Assembly (NCBI GenBank): GCA_965140445.1
Contig: OZ223236.1
Coordinates: 2,720,001-2,784,000 of the forward strand
Source of the DNA: Candidatus Ozemobacteraceae bacterium
GTDB taxonomy: Bacteria > Muiribacteriota > Ozemobacteria > Ozemobacterales > Ozemobacteraceae
DNA length: 64,000 nucleotides
Direction of reading: 5' to 3'
Positions 9,289 to 20,829 of this stretch are shown here, in pieces. The position numbers and the translations under genes were made by a program. The notes beneath the pieces are model-generated. The model ran no database searches, was not told the origin of the DNA, and saw only the letters and a program-made list of their open reading frames with translations. Position 1 is the first letter of the stretch. The number at the start of each line of letters is the position of its first letter.

Positions 9289-10257
9289 TTAAAGGGCGTT
9301 GAGGGAAGGAGCGGGAGCCAGTTTTTTTAAGAAATTTCTCTGAAAAAGGGCAGAAATTGGTTGTTGAAAAAACATGGCTACTAAAAGCGGGATACTGGCC
9401 TCAACTGGAAGATGTCCCATCGCAATAACCAAACCGCAACTGGTGTTTCGGATTCCGGTGCAATATACGCATGCAATAGATGCTTCTTTTGAAAAACCAA
9501 AAATCTTGGGAAAAAGCCAGCCTGTAAAGAACCCTGAAGCTACCAAAGCGAAGGCTAAAAAAATCAAGGACGGAGCGGCTGAAATCAGTGTTGAGGCCGT
9601 GGCTTGAGCCGTTGCAACGTTAACCACAATAACACCACAAAGTGCGATAGAAGATAGAGGGCCCAGCAAATGTTCCGACCTGGAATAAAATTTTCCCCCA
9701 GACAAATCATTTATTGTTAATCCGACCACAGAAGGTATTACGATCATTACCACAAGTGCTGTCATCATAGCCTGGTAGTTTATTGCCATGGATTTTCCAA
9801 CAAACATGTAAAGAACCAGAGAAACGGTTATTGGGCTAAGAAGTGTATCCAGAGTTGCCGCGGTTAAAGATAAAGCAACGTCACCTTTTGACATTCCGGT
9901 CCATATTACCGCAGTAATACCAACAGGAAGAGCTGCAGTAAGAATGAATCCTGCTATGAGGTGAGGGTTATCCGGGAAACCGATCTTTCCGATGAATTGT
10001 GCAATAAAAGGGAATAGGGCGTGCTGAAAAATAATAATAGTAATAAGGGGTAGGGGCTTTGAAAAAATGCCACCCAGATCTCTCCAGCTTGTTTTCAGAG
10101 ATGTAACAAGGGTCATGAAGCCAAACATCCATGGAACCCAGTTTCTGTATTGACTGAAGTATTCGCTCTTTCCCCAACCTAACAGCATTGCTGCCAGCAT
10201 GAAAAAAATAAGGTTTGAACTAAAAAAGTGATTAAGCTTTAAGCCGAGGTTTTTCAT
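9289..10257 (-). CDS. Bile acid:sodium symporter (BASS) family transporter
   Basis: About 9-10 hydrophobic segments; 'GDVALS', 'GIRN', 'QQPI' motifs. Confidence 0.85.
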   Translation of the reverse strand: MKNLGLKLNHFFSSNLIFFMLAAMLLGWGKSEYFSQYRNWVPWMFGFMTLVTSLKTSWRDLGGIFSKPLPLITIIIFQHALFPFIAQFIGKIGFPDNPHLIAGFILTAALPVGITAVIWTGMSKGDVALSLTAATLDTLLSPITVSLVLYMFVGKSMAINYQAMMTALVVMIVIPSVVGLTINDLSGGKFYSRSEHLLGPLSSIALCGVIVVNVATAQATASTLISAAPSLIFLAFALVASGFFTGWLFPKIFGFSKEASIACVYCTGIRNTSCGLVIAMGHLPVEASIPLLVAMFFQQPISALFQRNFLKKLAPAPSLNAL

Positions 10258-10311
10258 AAGGTGTGTTCTGATGAAAGGCTAATTAGAAACCAACTAAAAG
10301 ACAAGCTTAAT

Positions 10312-11703
10312 TTATAGATTTCTCATCCAATCCTGTAAATCGTTTTGGAAACCACTGTAATCATTACCAGTAGCAGCTTCAATCGCCTGATTAAGGTCTT
10401 TTCCTTCTCCTAATGCTGCCAATACATCTTCAAGGCTGGACGTTCCATTTCTTTCTACCATGTACTTAACGGCTAAATAGGAAGTCAGATAGCCCATTGA
10501 AATATTTTTTCTTGAGCTTGAACCTATAAGTGAAGGAACCTGTGAAAGTTTGTAGAACTTTTTGTTGTCGATGATTTCATTTTGAAAGAGGCTCTCATAA
10601 TCTGGGCGTAAATCTTCACCGGAGCCATAAGCTGCTTTAAATTCCTGAAACTGTGCGATTCCTTCGTTCAACCACAATGGACAGCGGTTGTTGGTGCGAA
10701 GATGAATAATTGTATGGGTAAACTCATGGGCGAGCAAACCTTTAATATATTCCTGACTTTTGTAACCAGACTTCAGCGGAACCATGATTTTTATACCTTG
10801 AGCGGCGCCCGCAGACCAATCCTTATTAATTTTATAGTATTCATCAGTTAAGAAGAAAATGATATTGATTTTTACATCTGGGCTATATTGTAAGTCTCCA
10901 GTCACCTGGTCAAAAATTTCGTCCATCAATTCGTAAGTTACGTCTCCAAGATCTTCCTGGGAGTTTCCTGCAAAGTGAAAGATAAAACGTTGGCTTTCAT
11001 CACGAGTAAGTCCATCAGTAGAGGCCATCATTTCTTTGGCATTTGCGATTGCTTTTTCCAGAGCTGCTCTATTATTTTCATCTTTGGTAAGCAAAAGAGC
11101 TTTTTCCCATAAAGAAATGGCTTCTTCAAAGTTTTTCAACTCAAAATGGCACCGGCCCATTGAATACAACAAAAAGAACGAATTTTTTTCTGTTGCGTAA
11201 ACTTTATTGAAATAATCCAGAGCTTTTTCATACTGCATCAACTGAAGAGAAGTGATACCTGCTAATCCAAGTATCTGCAAATTGTCAGGCTTTTTATAAA
11301 CTCCATTTTCAAAATGTGTGAGTGCTTTTTCGTAGTTGCCTTTGATGTAAAGAAGATCACCCCAGGTTTTTTCAACATAAAAGTTTCCCGGAAGTAAGTC
11401 TGCAGCTTCATAAATTAGATCTTCATTACTTTTAAAAGGGAGAAGTCTTTGTAATGCTATTTTCTTAAGAATAAATGCTGCCAGATCTTGCTTGGAAGAC
11501 TGGGGAGCTCTTGTTGCATAAGCTAGTTTTCTTAGAGATTCAATTTTTTCATCCAGCTGTTGTCCTGGAGTGAAAAATTTCTTTATTTCTTTTTGAAGTT
11601 CGAGGGTCGCTGGTTCAAGCAATTCTCCAAACATCTCAAATTGCGCAAAAGCAGAAGTCGCGAAGAGGAACATCATAAATATGGTTAAAAAAAGTTTCTT
11701 CAT
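10312..11703 (-). CDS. Secreted TPR protein with peptidase MA-like zinc metallopeptidase domain
   Basis: Signal peptide (AFA), TPR-like helices, HEFTH plus PLWLNEGIAQ. Confidence 0.8.
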   Translation of the reverse strand: MKKLFLTIFMMFLFATSAFAQFEMFGELLEPATLELQKEIKKFFTPGQQLDEKIESLRKLAYATRAPQSSKQDLAAFILKKIALQRLLPFKSNEDLIYEAADLLPGNFYVEKTWGDLLYIKGNYEKALTHFENGVYKKPDNLQILGLAGITSLQLMQYEKALDYFNKVYATEKNSFFLLYSMGRCHFELKNFEEAISLWEKALLLTKDENNRAALEKAIANAKEMMASTDGLTRDESQRFIFHFAGNSQEDLGDVTYELMDEIFDQVTGDLQYSPDVKINIIFFLTDEYYKINKDWSAGAAQGIKIMVPLKSGYKSQEYIKGLLAHEFTHTIIHLRTNNRCPLWLNEGIAQFQEFKAAYGSGEDLRPDYESLFQNEIIDNKKFYKLSQVPSLIGSSSRKNISMGYLTSYLAVKYMVERNGTSSLEDVLAALGEGKDLNQAIEAATGNDYSGFQNDLQDWMRNL

Positions 11704-11845
11704 ATATAACTCCTACTCAAAAAATAACAAAAAAAGGTCGTTTTGAGTAGGAGAATTATGTAAATACAGGTTTTATTTTACATGTGCGCAAACAAAATAT
11801 ATCATGAAAAGATATTAAACCACAAAACACACATTGGAGCACCTG

Positions 11846-13846
11846 ATGAGAAGGAAGAATCTTAGAACTCTGCTACTGGTCTTTTTTGCTTTTTTTGCAA
11901 TTGTAACTTTCATTCATTTTAATGCAAAAGAAGCTGAAGGGAGAGCGGGAAGCGGGCAAAGATATTCATCTGGTAGATCTTCATATTCTGGTTCAAGCAG
12001 AAGTGGCAGAAGAGGCGGCGGTGGAGAAGGTATAATCTTTGAGCTTCTTATAAGGTTATGCTTTCACCATCCAATGATTGGAATACCACTATTAATCGTT
12101 TTTGCTATTGTGGTTTATAAAGGTCAAAATGAGGGGCGGGAGCAGTATACAGATTATGTTATCCGAAAAGGAAGCGGAATTAAGCAAAATTACAATTTTG
12201 ACGGTTTGTTTGAAGACTTAAAAAAGCGTGATTTGGCTTTTAACGAAAATCATTTTAATGAGAGAGTTAAAAAGGCCTTCGAAGCTATTCAAATGGGATG
12301 GTCTGATCGCAATCTGTCAAAAGCTCAGGCTTTCCTCTCTGACGGTGTTTTTGAACAATTTTCTATTCAACTTTCAGAAATGAAAGAAAAGAAAATCATA
12401 GACTTTATGTCTAATTTGCAGATAAAAAGGGTTCAGACGGTAGATGTTAATTCTGACAAAAATTTCGATGTGGTCCATGTCAAAATTGATGCGTCTGCTA
12501 TAAACTACAGAAAAGATGAAAAGACCGGGGCTTTTATCGAAGGCTCAAAGTCGCCGCAGGATTTTTCCGAAGTGTGGTCCTTTGTTAGAAAACCTGGGGC
12601 AAAAACCACCAGGAAGCCCGGTTTGGTTGAAGGACAGTGCCCTAACTGCGGAAATCCTATATCTATCGGGCGCGTTTCGAAATGTGATGTTTGTAATTCA
12701 CTTTTGAGATCTGGCGAATATGATTGGGTGCTTTCCGAAATTACTCAAACTTGCGAATGGGCCCCAGCCAGACTTAAAAATATTCCAGGCCTTGCTGAAT
12801 TGGTTAAAAAAGATCCAGGATTTAACACTCAACACCTTGAAGACAGGGTTACAGTTATTTTCTGGCGAATGATTTCCGCTCAACGTAAAGCAAATATTGA
12901 TCCTCTAAGAAAAGTTGCAGACGAACTATTTTGCTCCAGATTCAAAGCGGGCTTTAAACCGGACAACTCTGGAGTTCAGCGTTTTTATATTGATTGTGCT
13001 ATTGGTTCTGCAGAATTGCTCGGTATAAAGCTTGGCGAACCTTACGATAAGGCTTTTGTGGAAGTTGCCTGGAGTGGTTCGCCAGGATTTAAAGAAAAGG
13101 ACGGAAAAATCGCAAAAGCCGGTCAGCCAATAAACTTTCATCAGGTTTTTGCTCTAATTAGAAAGCCAAATGTAAAAACCAAAATAGCTGATTCTATGGC
13201 CAGTGCGCATTGTCCAGGCTGTGGTGCTCCGGAGCAAAGCTCTGAACAAAATCAATGCGAGTATTGCGGAATTGTTTTAAACGATGGTGCGAATGATTGG
13301 GTTCTTGAAAATGTGCTTACAAAAAGTGATGCCGAGGCCAGAGAGATTATTGCTGAATTGCAGAAAAACTCTCAAAAATCTGCTCCAAGACCAGAAAATT
13401 CTTTTACAAGTGCTCTTAATTCAAAAGTCCCTGCTGCAGCAAGACCTTCGAGTATTCCCCCGGCAGATATGATTCGGTTTATGATTGCAACAATGCTTAT
13501 CGATGGCCATATTGATGCTAAGGAAAATGCAATGATTGAAGATTTTGCAAATAAGAATAGCATTCCTAAGCCAAAACTCAGCCAGATTATCCAGGAAGTC
13601 AGATCTGATCGTGGTGCAATTGATGCCCTTATTGAAAAGGTTGGACAAGATCAGGGCGATGAATTGTTAAAGGCTTTAGGCAGGGTAGCTTTGGCCGACG
13701 GCAGATTGGCCAGCGAAGAAATAGATATGCTAAATCGTATCGGTAACAAGTTTGGTTTGAGCGGAGTTGATGTAAATATGCTTCTTAAGAAAGAAAGAGC
13801 CGCAATGTATCAAGAAGCTAAAGAACTCAGAAGGATGGCTAAATAG
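11846..13846 (+). CDS. Membrane protein with two Tim44-like domains, two zinc ribbons and a C-terminal TerB-like domain
   Basis: RAGSG Gly-rich segment after signal; 'FSEVWSFVR' Tim44 motif; CPNC/CDVC and CPGC/CEYC; 'IDGHIDAKE', 'ADGRLASEE' TerB-like motifs; ATG 11846 with GGAG SD. Confidence 0.75.
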   Translation: MRRKNLRTLLLVFFAFFAIVTFIHFNAKEAEGRAGSGQRYSSGRSSYSGSSRSGRRGGGGEGIIFELLIRLCFHHPMIGIPLLIVFAIVVYKGQNEGREQYTDYVIRKGSGIKQNYNFDGLFEDLKKRDLAFNENHFNERVKKAFEAIQMGWSDRNLSKAQAFLSDGVFEQFSIQLSEMKEKKIIDFMSNLQIKRVQTVDVNSDKNFDVVHVKIDASAINYRKDEKTGAFIEGSKSPQDFSEVWSFVRKPGAKTTRKPGLVEGQCPNCGNPISIGRVSKCDVCNSLLRSGEYDWVLSEITQTCEWAPARLKNIPGLAELVKKDPGFNTQHLEDRVTVIFWRMISAQRKANIDPLRKVADELFCSRFKAGFKPDNSGVQRFYIDCAIGSAELLGIKLGEPYDKAFVEVAWSGSPGFKEKDGKIAKAGQPINFHQVFALIRKPNVKTKIADSMASAHCPGCGAPEQSSEQNQCEYCGIVLNDGANDWVLENVLTKSDAEAREIIAELQKNSQKSAPRPENSFTSALNSKVPAAARPSSIPPADMIRFMIATMLIDGHIDAKENAMIEDFANKNSIPKPKLSQIIQEVRSDRGAIDALIEKVGQDQGDELLKALGRVALADGRLASEEIDMLNRIGNKFGLSGVDVNMLLKKERAAMYQEAKELRRMAK

Positions 13847-13891
13847 AATTTGCCTTTTTAATTAAGGGCTTTTTTAAACTGTAGAAAAAAG

Positions 13892-13926
13892 AAATCCGCC
13901 GATTCAAATTATGAATCGGCGGATTT
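13892..13926. terminator. Bidirectional terminator
   Basis: Perfect 15-bp stem AAATCCGCCGATTCA/TGAATCGGCGGATTT with A- and T-tracts. Confidence 0.85.
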
Positions 13927-13953
13927 TTTTATCGGGCTATCTCTGCTTGGTAA

Positions 13954-15069
13954 TTAACCACCCAGGGCATTTTTGATTTTATCAAAAATTGATTTTCCCG
14001 AACCAATGCCCGTAGCTTTTGATTCTGGATCTTCCTGAGCAAGAAGGGTGAGTAGTTCCCTTTGTTTCGCGCTGATTTCTGTTGGGGTTCTTACAAATAT
14101 TTTTACCAGTTGATCGCCCTGGCCACCTCTTAGAGACTTAACTCCGTAGCTTCTAAGCCTGAAGACTTTGCCAGTTTGTGTTCCTTCTGGAATTTTAATT
14201 TTTACAACACCTTTGAGGGTAGGAACTTCCACTTCACCGCCAAGAGCTGCAAGAGGGAAGGTGATATTCTTTTCACAGATAATATCATCGCCGATTCTTT
14301 CAAAGAAATCATGCTTACCAACGCTAAGAATAATATAAAGGCTTCCACTGGGGCCGCCCTTTTCTCCTGGTTCACCTTCGCCAGCTAGTTTCAATTTACT
14401 GCCGGTTTCAACTCCAGGAGGAATTTTAACGTCGATTTTCTGTGAATGCTTTGTGCGACCTGAACCATTACAAGGTTTACATGGCTTGTCCACAATTTCA
14501 CCTTCACCCTGACATTGATGACAGGTTCTTTGAATTGAAAAGAAGCCCTGAGCCAGAGAAATAGTGCCTTTTCCTTTACAAACTGGACAAACTTTTCTTC
14601 CGCTGCCAGTTTCTGCTCCAGAGCCGCCGCATGTGGTGCAATTTCTGGATTTATTGACGGTAATCTCTTTGTCGCAGCCGAAAACAGCTTCTTCAAATGA
14701 AATTTCCAGATCATATCTTAAGTCAGAACCTCGTCTGGGACCTCGTCTCTGAGAGCCGGAGCCGCCAAAAAAGTCTGAAAGAATATCGCCAAAGATGTCT
14801 CCAAATCCACCAAATCCGCCCATATCCTGGTAATTAAAGCCGTTAGGATCAATTCCTGCATGCCCAAATTGGTCATAGGCAGAACGTTTCTGTGGATCAG
14901 AAAGGACCTGATATGCTTCGTTGATTTCTTTGAATTTCTCAACAGCATCATCGCCTTTATTGATATCAGGATGGTATTTGCGTGCAAGATTCCTGAAAGC
15001 ACGTTTTATTTCGCCGTCGTCGGCATTTTTTGGAATGCCAAGGACTTCGTAGTAATCTTGTTTGGCCAT
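13954..15069 (-). CDS. dnaJ: Chaperone DnaJ
   Basis: J-domain with HPD, G/F region, four CxxCxGxG repeats. Confidence 0.97.
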   Translation of the reverse strand: MAKQDYYEVLGIPKNADDGEIKRAFRNLARKYHPDINKGDDAVEKFKEINEAYQVLSDPQKRSAYDQFGHAGIDPNGFNYQDMGGFGGFGDIFGDILSDFFGGSGSQRRGPRRGSDLRYDLEISFEEAVFGCDKEITVNKSRNCTTCGGSGAETGSGRKVCPVCKGKGTISLAQGFFSIQRTCHQCQGEGEIVDKPCKPCNGSGRTKHSQKIDVKIPPGVETGSKLKLAGEGEPGEKGGPSGSLYIILSVGKHDFFERIGDDIICEKNITFPLAALGGEVEVPTLKGVVKIKIPEGTQTGKVFRLRSYGVKSLRGGQGDQLVKIFVRTPTEISAKQRELLTLLAQEDPESKATGIGSGKSIFDKIKNALGG

Positions 15070-15130
15070 TCATGTCTCCCTTAGTATTTGCGTTGATGTA
15101 TGTTTTGGCCACATCCTGCACAAAATACAG

Positions 15131-15158
15131 CTCCAGGGCCTCGTTAAAGACCCTGGAG
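15131..15158 (-). terminator. Stem-loop after dnaK (internal terminator or stabiliser)
   Basis: CTCCAGGG...CCCTGGAG inverted repeat. Confidence 0.5.
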
Positions 15159-15171
15159 TTGAATATCAGTG

Positions 15172-17043
15172 TTAGTCTGCTTTCTTGAATTCAGCGTCTA
15201 CAACGTTTTCGTCATCATTCGCTGATCCGGCTTCCTGAGTTGATTCAGCCTGTTCTGCTCCTGGATTACCCTGACCAGGTGCTTGTCCCTGAGCCTGTTG
15301 AGCTTGCTGATAAAGCATTTCGCCAAGTTTCTGAGCAGTTGTTTGAAGGTCTTCAGATTTTGCTTTAATTTGAGCAACATCTTTAGTTTCAAGGGCAGCT
15401 TTAAGTTCTTGAACTTTTGCATCAACAGTATTTTTAAGATCTTCAGGAACTTTATCTGCAAGTTCTTTTAAGGTCTTTTCTGTTTGGTAAACAAGGCTTT
15501 CAGCATTATTTACTGTTTCAATCTTATCTTTCTGTTCAGCATCTTCTTTTGCATACTGTTCAGCTTCTTTGATCATCTTATCGATGTCATCTTTATTTAA
15601 GCCTGAGCTGTTTGTGATTGTAATGGCCTGTTCTTTACCAGTTCCGTGGTCTTTAGCAGAAACGTTAACAATACCATTGGCATCGATGTCAAAAGTAACT
15701 TCAATCTGAGGAATACCGCGTGGCGCTGGTGGAATTCCAACAAGATCAAATCTGCCAAGTGTTTTGTTGTCAGAAGCAAGCTGTCTTTCACCCTGAAGAA
15801 CATGAACAGATACTGCTGGCTGATTGTCAGCTGCTGTTGAGAATACCTGGCTTTTCTTTGTCGGAATTGTTGTGTTTCTTGCTATGAGAGTAGTCATAAC
15901 TCCGCCAAGAGTTTCGATTCCGAGAGAGAGTGGAGTAACATCAAGAAGAAGAACGTCTTTTACTTCACCTTGTAAAATTCCAGCCTGAATTGCAGCACCC
16001 ATAGAAACGCATTCCATTGGGTCAACGCCTCTTTCTGGATCTTTTCCAAAATGAGTTTTGAGAAGGTTCTGAATGATTGGCATTCTGGTTGGACCACCAA
16101 CCATGATGATATGATCTACTTCATTTCTCTTCAAACCAGCATCATTAAGGGCATTATCAATTGGAGCTTTACATCTTTCAATTACGAAATCAACCAATTC
16201 TTCCAGTTTAGATCTGGTGATGGTCATAACAAGATGTTTTGGACCTTCAGCGGTTGCAGTGATGAAAGGCTGATTGATATCAGTAGTATTAGTTGTTGAA
16301 AGTTCAATCTTTGCTTTTTCAGCGGCATCTCTGATTCTCTGGATTGCCATAGAATCTTTAGAAAGATCGATTCCTTCCTGTTTCTGGAAATCCTTAACGA
16401 TGTAATCAACGATGGCGGCATCCATGTCTGTTCCGCCGAGTTTTGTATCACCGTTTGTAGAAAGAACTTCAAATACACCATTACCAAGTTCAAGAATGGT
16501 TACGTCAAGAGTTCCGCCACCAAGGTCAAATACAAGGATTTTTCTTTCGCCTTCTTTATCAAGACCATAAGCCAAAGCTGCTGCAGTTGGCTCATTAATA
16601 ATTCTTTTTACTTCGATACCAGCAATTGCGCCAGCGTCTTTAGTTGCTTGTCTCTGTGCATCATCGAAATATGCAGGAACAGTAATAACTGCGCCAGTAA
16701 CCTTATCATTCAAAAATGCTTCAGCATCTCTTTTGATTTTCTGAAGAATAAAAGCGGAGATTTCCTGTGGTGTATATTCCTTATCATCCACTTTGATTTT
16801 TTCTTTTCCGCCCATTTTTCTTTTAACAGCGCTGATGGTTCTATCAGGGTTAGTAGCTGCCTGTCTTCTTGCAGGTTCCCCGATAAGTCTTTGGCCATCT
16901 TTGGTAAAAGCCACAACGCTAGGGAAAGCTTTTCCACCTATGGAATTGCCTTCTGCGCTTGGAATGATAACAGGCTTGCCGCCTTCAATAACGGAAGCAG
17001 CTGAGTTGGAAGTTCCTAAATCGATACCGATAACTCGTGACAT
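15172..17043 (-). CDS. dnaK: Chaperone DnaK (Hsp70), archaeal-like N-terminal signatures
   Basis: [42 protein letters not shown]. Confidence 0.98.
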   Translation of the reverse strand: MSRVIGIDLGTSNSAASVIEGGKPVIIPSAEGNSIGGKAFPSVVAFTKDGQRLIGEPARRQAATNPDRTISAVKRKMGGKEKIKVDDKEYTPQEISAFILQKIKRDAEAFLNDKVTGAVITVPAYFDDAQRQATKDAGAIAGIEVKRIINEPTAAALAYGLDKEGERKILVFDLGGGTLDVTILELGNGVFEVLSTNGDTKLGGTDMDAAIVDYIVKDFQKQEGIDLSKDSMAIQRIRDAAEKAKIELSTTNTTDINQPFITATAEGPKHLVMTITRSKLEELVDFVIERCKAPIDNALNDAGLKRNEVDHIIMVGGPTRMPIIQNLLKTHFGKDPERGVDPMECVSMGAAIQAGILQGEVKDVLLLDVTPLSLGIETLGGVMTTLIARNTTIPTKKSQVFSTAADNQPAVSVHVLQGERQLASDNKTLGRFDLVGIPPAPRGIPQIEVTFDIDANGIVNVSAKDHGTGKEQAITITNSSGLNKDDIDKMIKEAEQYAKEDAEQKDKIETVNNAESLVYQTEKTLKELADKVPEDLKNTVDAKVQELKAALETKDVAQIKAKSEDLQTTAQKLGEMLYQQAQQAQGQAPGQGNPGAEQAESTQEAGSANDDENVVDAEFKKAD

Positions 17044-17071
17044 GTATTTCCTCCTGTAGAGTAAGAATTAC

Positions 17072-17644
17072 TTACTTGTGATTAATTTCAACTTTTGCGG
17101 TTCTAAGAACTCTGTCTTTAAACGTGTAACCTTTTTCATACTCGGTTAGAACGACTTCATCATCATGTTCATCAACAGTTCTTTTGCACATGGCTTCATG
17201 AAAGTTAGGATCAAATTTGTTTCCTTTAGCAGGAATTTCCTTGAGCCCTTCTTTTTCAAGCACGTCAGTGAACTGAATGGAGAACATTTCCAGGCCATCC
17301 ATGACCTTTTTATCAATCTGAATCTTGGAAATCTGCTCCATAGCTTTTTCCATTGTGTCGAGAACTGGCAATAGCTTTTTCACAAAATCTTCGGTTCCTC
17401 TTGACCTTGCTTCTAAAACTTCTCTTGCTGCACGTCTCTGAAGATTTTGATAATCGGCGAGAGCTCGCTGGTAGCGTTTTTTCATCTCATCCAATTCTTT
17501 TGTAAGCTTTTCTGCTTCGCTTACAATTTCCTCTTCAGAAACTTCTTCAGTTTCGACGGCTTCACCTGAAGTGTTTCCTTCTTCTGCGGCTTCAGCATCA
17601 AGCTTGCTGTTATCCACGTCCTGGTTTGTCTTTTCCTGCGTCAT
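17072..17644 (-). CDS. grpE: Nucleotide exchange factor GrpE
   Basis: RALADYQN, FDPNFHEA, KGY...RVLR.AKV; lies between hrcA and dnaK. Confidence 0.95.
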   Translation of the reverse strand: MTQEKTNQDVDNSKLDAEAAEEGNTSGEAVETEEVSEEEIVSEAEKLTKELDEMKKRYQRALADYQNLQRRAAREVLEARSRGTEDFVKKLLPVLDTMEKAMEQISKIQIDKKVMDGLEMFSIQFTDVLEKEGLKEIPAKGNKFDPNFHEAMCKRTVDEHDDEVVLTEYEKGYTFKDRVLRTAKVEINHK

Positions 17645-17657
17645 TATTTCACCTTAT

Positions 17658-18785
17658 CTAAAATTGCTTTTTACCAATAATATGATCTTCAATATTAGTG
17701 CCACTTATTAGTAGCTTACTAAGGGTTGTTGATAGTTTGGAAAGAGTTGCAACAACTCTTCCGTAATCCATTCTAAGCGGTCCAATTAAACCTATTTGTC
17801 CTAGCGACTTATTCGGTCCTTCGTATTTTGCTGTAACAATAGACAAATCCTTAACTTCCAACCCAGAATCGGAACCTATGTTTACCATTATCTGTTCTTC
17901 TCTTTCAAGGGTTTTTGCAAGAAGTTTTAAAAAGCTTTCCTTATGATCTAAAAGGCTGATCATTTTCTTCATTTTTTCAGGGGCATTAAACTCTGGCTGT
18001 TCAAAAAAATTAACAAAACCTTCAAGGAAAAGAGAATCGCTTTCTTTATTATTAAGTGCGTTTCTAATTCTTCCGACCAATTGGCCCAAAAGGTCATTGT
18101 ATTTTGAAAGCAGGCGTTGTGTGTTCAAAATAAAATCCTGCTCATATTGATGATACTTACTGTGACAAAGCTGAGCATTTAAAAGAACGCCCAATTTCTC
18201 GATTACTTCGTCACTCATTTTTGCGGGAATGGTGACAAGCTGATCTGTAATGTTTCCAAGTTCATCAATTAAAACAAGCATTGCCTTGTCTTCTAAGACA
18301 CGAAAAATTCTTATGGTTTTAAGTGTAGAAATAGCTCTGCGTGGAGAAATAGCAATTCCAGCCAGTTGAGTTTCCTGGCAGGCAAATTTTATTGCAGATT
18401 TTAAAAGATCTTGTTGAGCGTGGTGTCGTTCCTGAGACTTCAAAAGAAGTTTGCCAAGCATTTCTTCTTCTAGTTGGTTAACCTGCTCATATTTGATAAG
18501 AAAATTAACGTAAAATCGGTAGCCTTTTTCCGTTGGAACTCTTCCTGCTGAAGTATGAGGGGAGGTTAAATAACCCATCATTTCAAGGTCAGCCATCTCA
18601 TTACGGATTGTGGCGGGTGAACAGGACAAAATGCCAGAACGGGAAAGTGTTCTGGAGCCAACTGGTGTTCCTGTTTCAATAAAAGCTTTGCAAACTTCTT
18701 TTAAAACAGTTTTTTGTCTGTCATCCAGTGGTTCTGGCTGATCAGGGCTGTTGGTTTTTGAATTTGCAAAGATTGAGCTGTTCAT
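17658..18785 (-). CDS. hrcA: Heat-inducible transcription repressor HrcA
   Basis: PVGSRTL, SPATIRNEMADLE, PHTSAGRVPT, IGPLRMDY. Confidence 0.95.
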   Translation of the reverse strand: MNSSIFANSKTNSPDQPEPLDDRQKTVLKEVCKAFIETGTPVGSRTLSRSGILSCSPATIRNEMADLEMMGYLTSPHTSAGRVPTEKGYRFYVNFLIKYEQVNQLEEEMLGKLLLKSQERHHAQQDLLKSAIKFACQETQLAGIAISPRRAISTLKTIRIFRVLEDKAMLVLIDELGNITDQLVTIPAKMSDEVIEKLGVLLNAQLCHSKYHQYEQDFILNTQRLLSKYNDLLGQLVGRIRNALNNKESDSLFLEGFVNFFEQPEFNAPEKMKKMISLLDHKESFLKLLAKTLEREEQIMVNIGSDSGLEVKDLSIVTAKYEGPNKSLGQIGLIGPLRMDYGRVVATLSKLSTTLSKLLISGTNIEDHIIGKKQF

Positions 18786-18803
18786 TCTTTAAATCCTGTG
18801 AGG

Positions 18804-18833
18804 AGTGCCGCCCCCAATTTTGAAGGCGGCACT
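18804..18833 (-). terminator. Stem-loop between second groEL and hrcA
   Basis: AGTGCCGCC...GGCGGCACT inverted repeat; no strong U-tract. Confidence 0.5.
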
Positions 18834-18842
18834 TATTCATGC

Positions 18843-20465
18843 TTAGTAGTCCATATCCATGGATGAATTATTGTTTTTCTTATCTTTTTCTGGTGCTTCT
18901 GCAACAAGGACTTCTGTGGTAAGAAGGATTGATGCAATTGAGGCAGCATTCTGAAGTGCAGATCTGGTTACTTTTGCAGGATCAATGATGCCAGCAGCAT
19001 ACATATCAGTGTATTCGTCAGCAGTTACATCATAACCATATCCGTTTTTATCAGAAGAAATGAGTTTTTCAATAATTACTGATGGTTCAAGGCCAGCGTT
19101 GGTCAGAATCATACGAACTGGAGCATACAGAGCTTTGCGAACGATATTAACGCCAACAAGTTCTTCTTCAGTGCCTTTGATACCATCGAGAGCTTTCAGA
19201 GCGTTAAGGTAAGTAACTCCACCACCAGCTACAACGCCTTCTTCTACTGCGGCGCGAGTTGCGCTAAGAGCATCTTCAACTCTGGTTTTGCGTTCCTTCA
19301 TTTCGGTTTCAGTGGCTGCGCCAACCTTAATTACTGCAACGCCACCAGCCAATTTGGCCAGTCTTTCCTGGAGTTTTTCCTTGTCGTATGAGCTGGTGCT
19401 GTTTTCGATTTCAGCTTTAATCTGATTGATTCTGTTTTTTAGATCTTCAGTGTTGCCAACGCCTTCAACGATAGTTGTCATTTCTTTAGTTACAACAACT
19501 TTTTTGGCGCGACCGAGCATGTCAACTGTAGTATTTTCAATTTTCATGCCCAGTTCTTCACTGACTTTCTGACCACCAGTAAGAACAGCTATATCTTCAA
19601 GCATTGCTTTTCTGCGATCTCCAAAGCCAGGGGCTTTAACTGCTACACAGTTGAAAGTTCCTCTGAGTTTGTTAACAACGAGAGTTGCAAGAGCTTCGCC
19701 TTCAATGTCTTCTGCAATGATGAGAAGAGGGCGGTTAAGCTGGACGATTTTTTCCAGAAGAGGAAGAACTTCTTTGATGTTGTTGATTTTGTTTTCAGTA
19801 AGAAGGATATAAGGATCTTCAAGAACGGCTTCCATTCTTTCGTGATCATTAACCATGTAAGGACTTACATAGCCTTTATCAAATTCCATACCGTCTACAA
19901 ACTCAAGAGTGGTATCAAAGCTCTGTGCTTCTTCAACTGTGATAACGCCATCTTTTCCAACTTTATCCATGGCTTCAGCAATGATTTTGCCGATTTCGCT
20001 ATCTCTGGCAGATATAGTTGCAACCTGAGCAACGCTATCTTTTTTATCATCAATTTGTTTTGAAAGGTTCTGGATTTCTTTAACAACTGCTTCTACAGCT
20101 GTTTCAATTCCGCGCTTAAGATAAATTGTGTTTGCGCCGGCGGCTACGTTTTTGAAGCCTTCCTGAACGATGGCCTGGGCCAAAACAGTTGCTGTTGTAG
20201 TTCCGTCTCCGGCAACATCATTAGTTTTGCTGGCAACTTCTTTTACGAGCTGAGCGCCCATGTTTTCAAATTTATCTTCTACTTCAATTTCTTTTGCAAT
20301 TGTAACGCCATCATTTGTTACTGTTGGGCTGCCAAACTTTTTATCAAGAATGGCATAACAACCTTTTGGTCCTAATGTGGCTCTAACTGCGTTAGCAACA
20401 AGATTTACACCTGTTTCAAGTGAATGTCTTGCTTCTTCCCAGTATTTAAGCTGTTTTGCTGTCAT
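18843..20465 (-). CDS. groL: Chaperonin GroEL (second copy, no GGM tail)
   Basis: [35 protein letters not shown]. Confidence 0.97.
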   Translation of the reverse strand: MTAKQLKYWEEARHSLETGVNLVANAVRATLGPKGCYAILDKKFGSPTVTNDGVTIAKEIEVEDKFENMGAQLVKEVASKTNDVAGDGTTTATVLAQAIVQEGFKNVAAGANTIYLKRGIETAVEAVVKEIQNLSKQIDDKKDSVAQVATISARDSEIGKIIAEAMDKVGKDGVITVEEAQSFDTTLEFVDGMEFDKGYVSPYMVNDHERMEAVLEDPYILLTENKINNIKEVLPLLEKIVQLNRPLLIIAEDIEGEALATLVVNKLRGTFNCVAVKAPGFGDRRKAMLEDIAVLTGGQKVSEELGMKIENTTVDMLGRAKKVVVTKEMTTIVEGVGNTEDLKNRINQIKAEIENSTSSYDKEKLQERLAKLAGGVAVIKVGAATETEMKERKTRVEDALSATRAAVEEGVVAGGGVTYLNALKALDGIKGTEEELVGVNIVRKALYAPVRMILTNAGLEPSVIIEKLISSDKNGYGYDVTADEYTDMYAAGIIDPAKVTRSALQNAASIASILLTTEVLVAEAPEKDKKNNNSSMDMDY

Positions 20466-20494
20466 ATAAATCCTCCTGGAATTTTGAGACGCAA

Positions 20495-20785
20495 TTAATC
20501 AACGATTGCGAGGATATCTTCTTCTCTAAGAATGAGATAATTTTCGCCTTCAATTTTGATTTCAGTGCCGGCATATTTTGAGAAAATAACTTTATTGTCA
20601 GGTTTTACTTCGAGAGCAACTCTCTGGCCTGCGTCAGTTAATTTTCCAGGTCCTGCAGCTACTACAGTTCCTTCAATTGGTTTTTCTTTGCTTGCTGTAT
20701 CGGGGAGAATTACTCCGCCTTTTGATTTTTCTACAGATTCTTTTGGTTTTACGATGACTCTGTCATTCAATGGTTTAAGATTCAT
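20495..20785 (-). CDS. groS: Co-chaperonin GroES (second copy)
   Basis: [29 protein letters not shown]. Confidence 0.96.
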   Translation of the reverse strand: MNLKPLNDRVIVKPKESVEKSKGGVILPDTASKEKPIEGTVVAAGPGKLTDAGQRVALEVKPDNKVIFSKYAGTEIKIEGENYLILREEDILAIVD

Positions 20786-20829
20786 GGAAATTTCCTCCTG
20801 ATAGTCTTATTCAATTCAAATTTTGGGAT

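Noticed and set aside
15070..15114. 14-codon minus-strand ORF ending just before the dnaJ start
   Set aside because: Very short with no convincing SD; cannot be distinguished from chance
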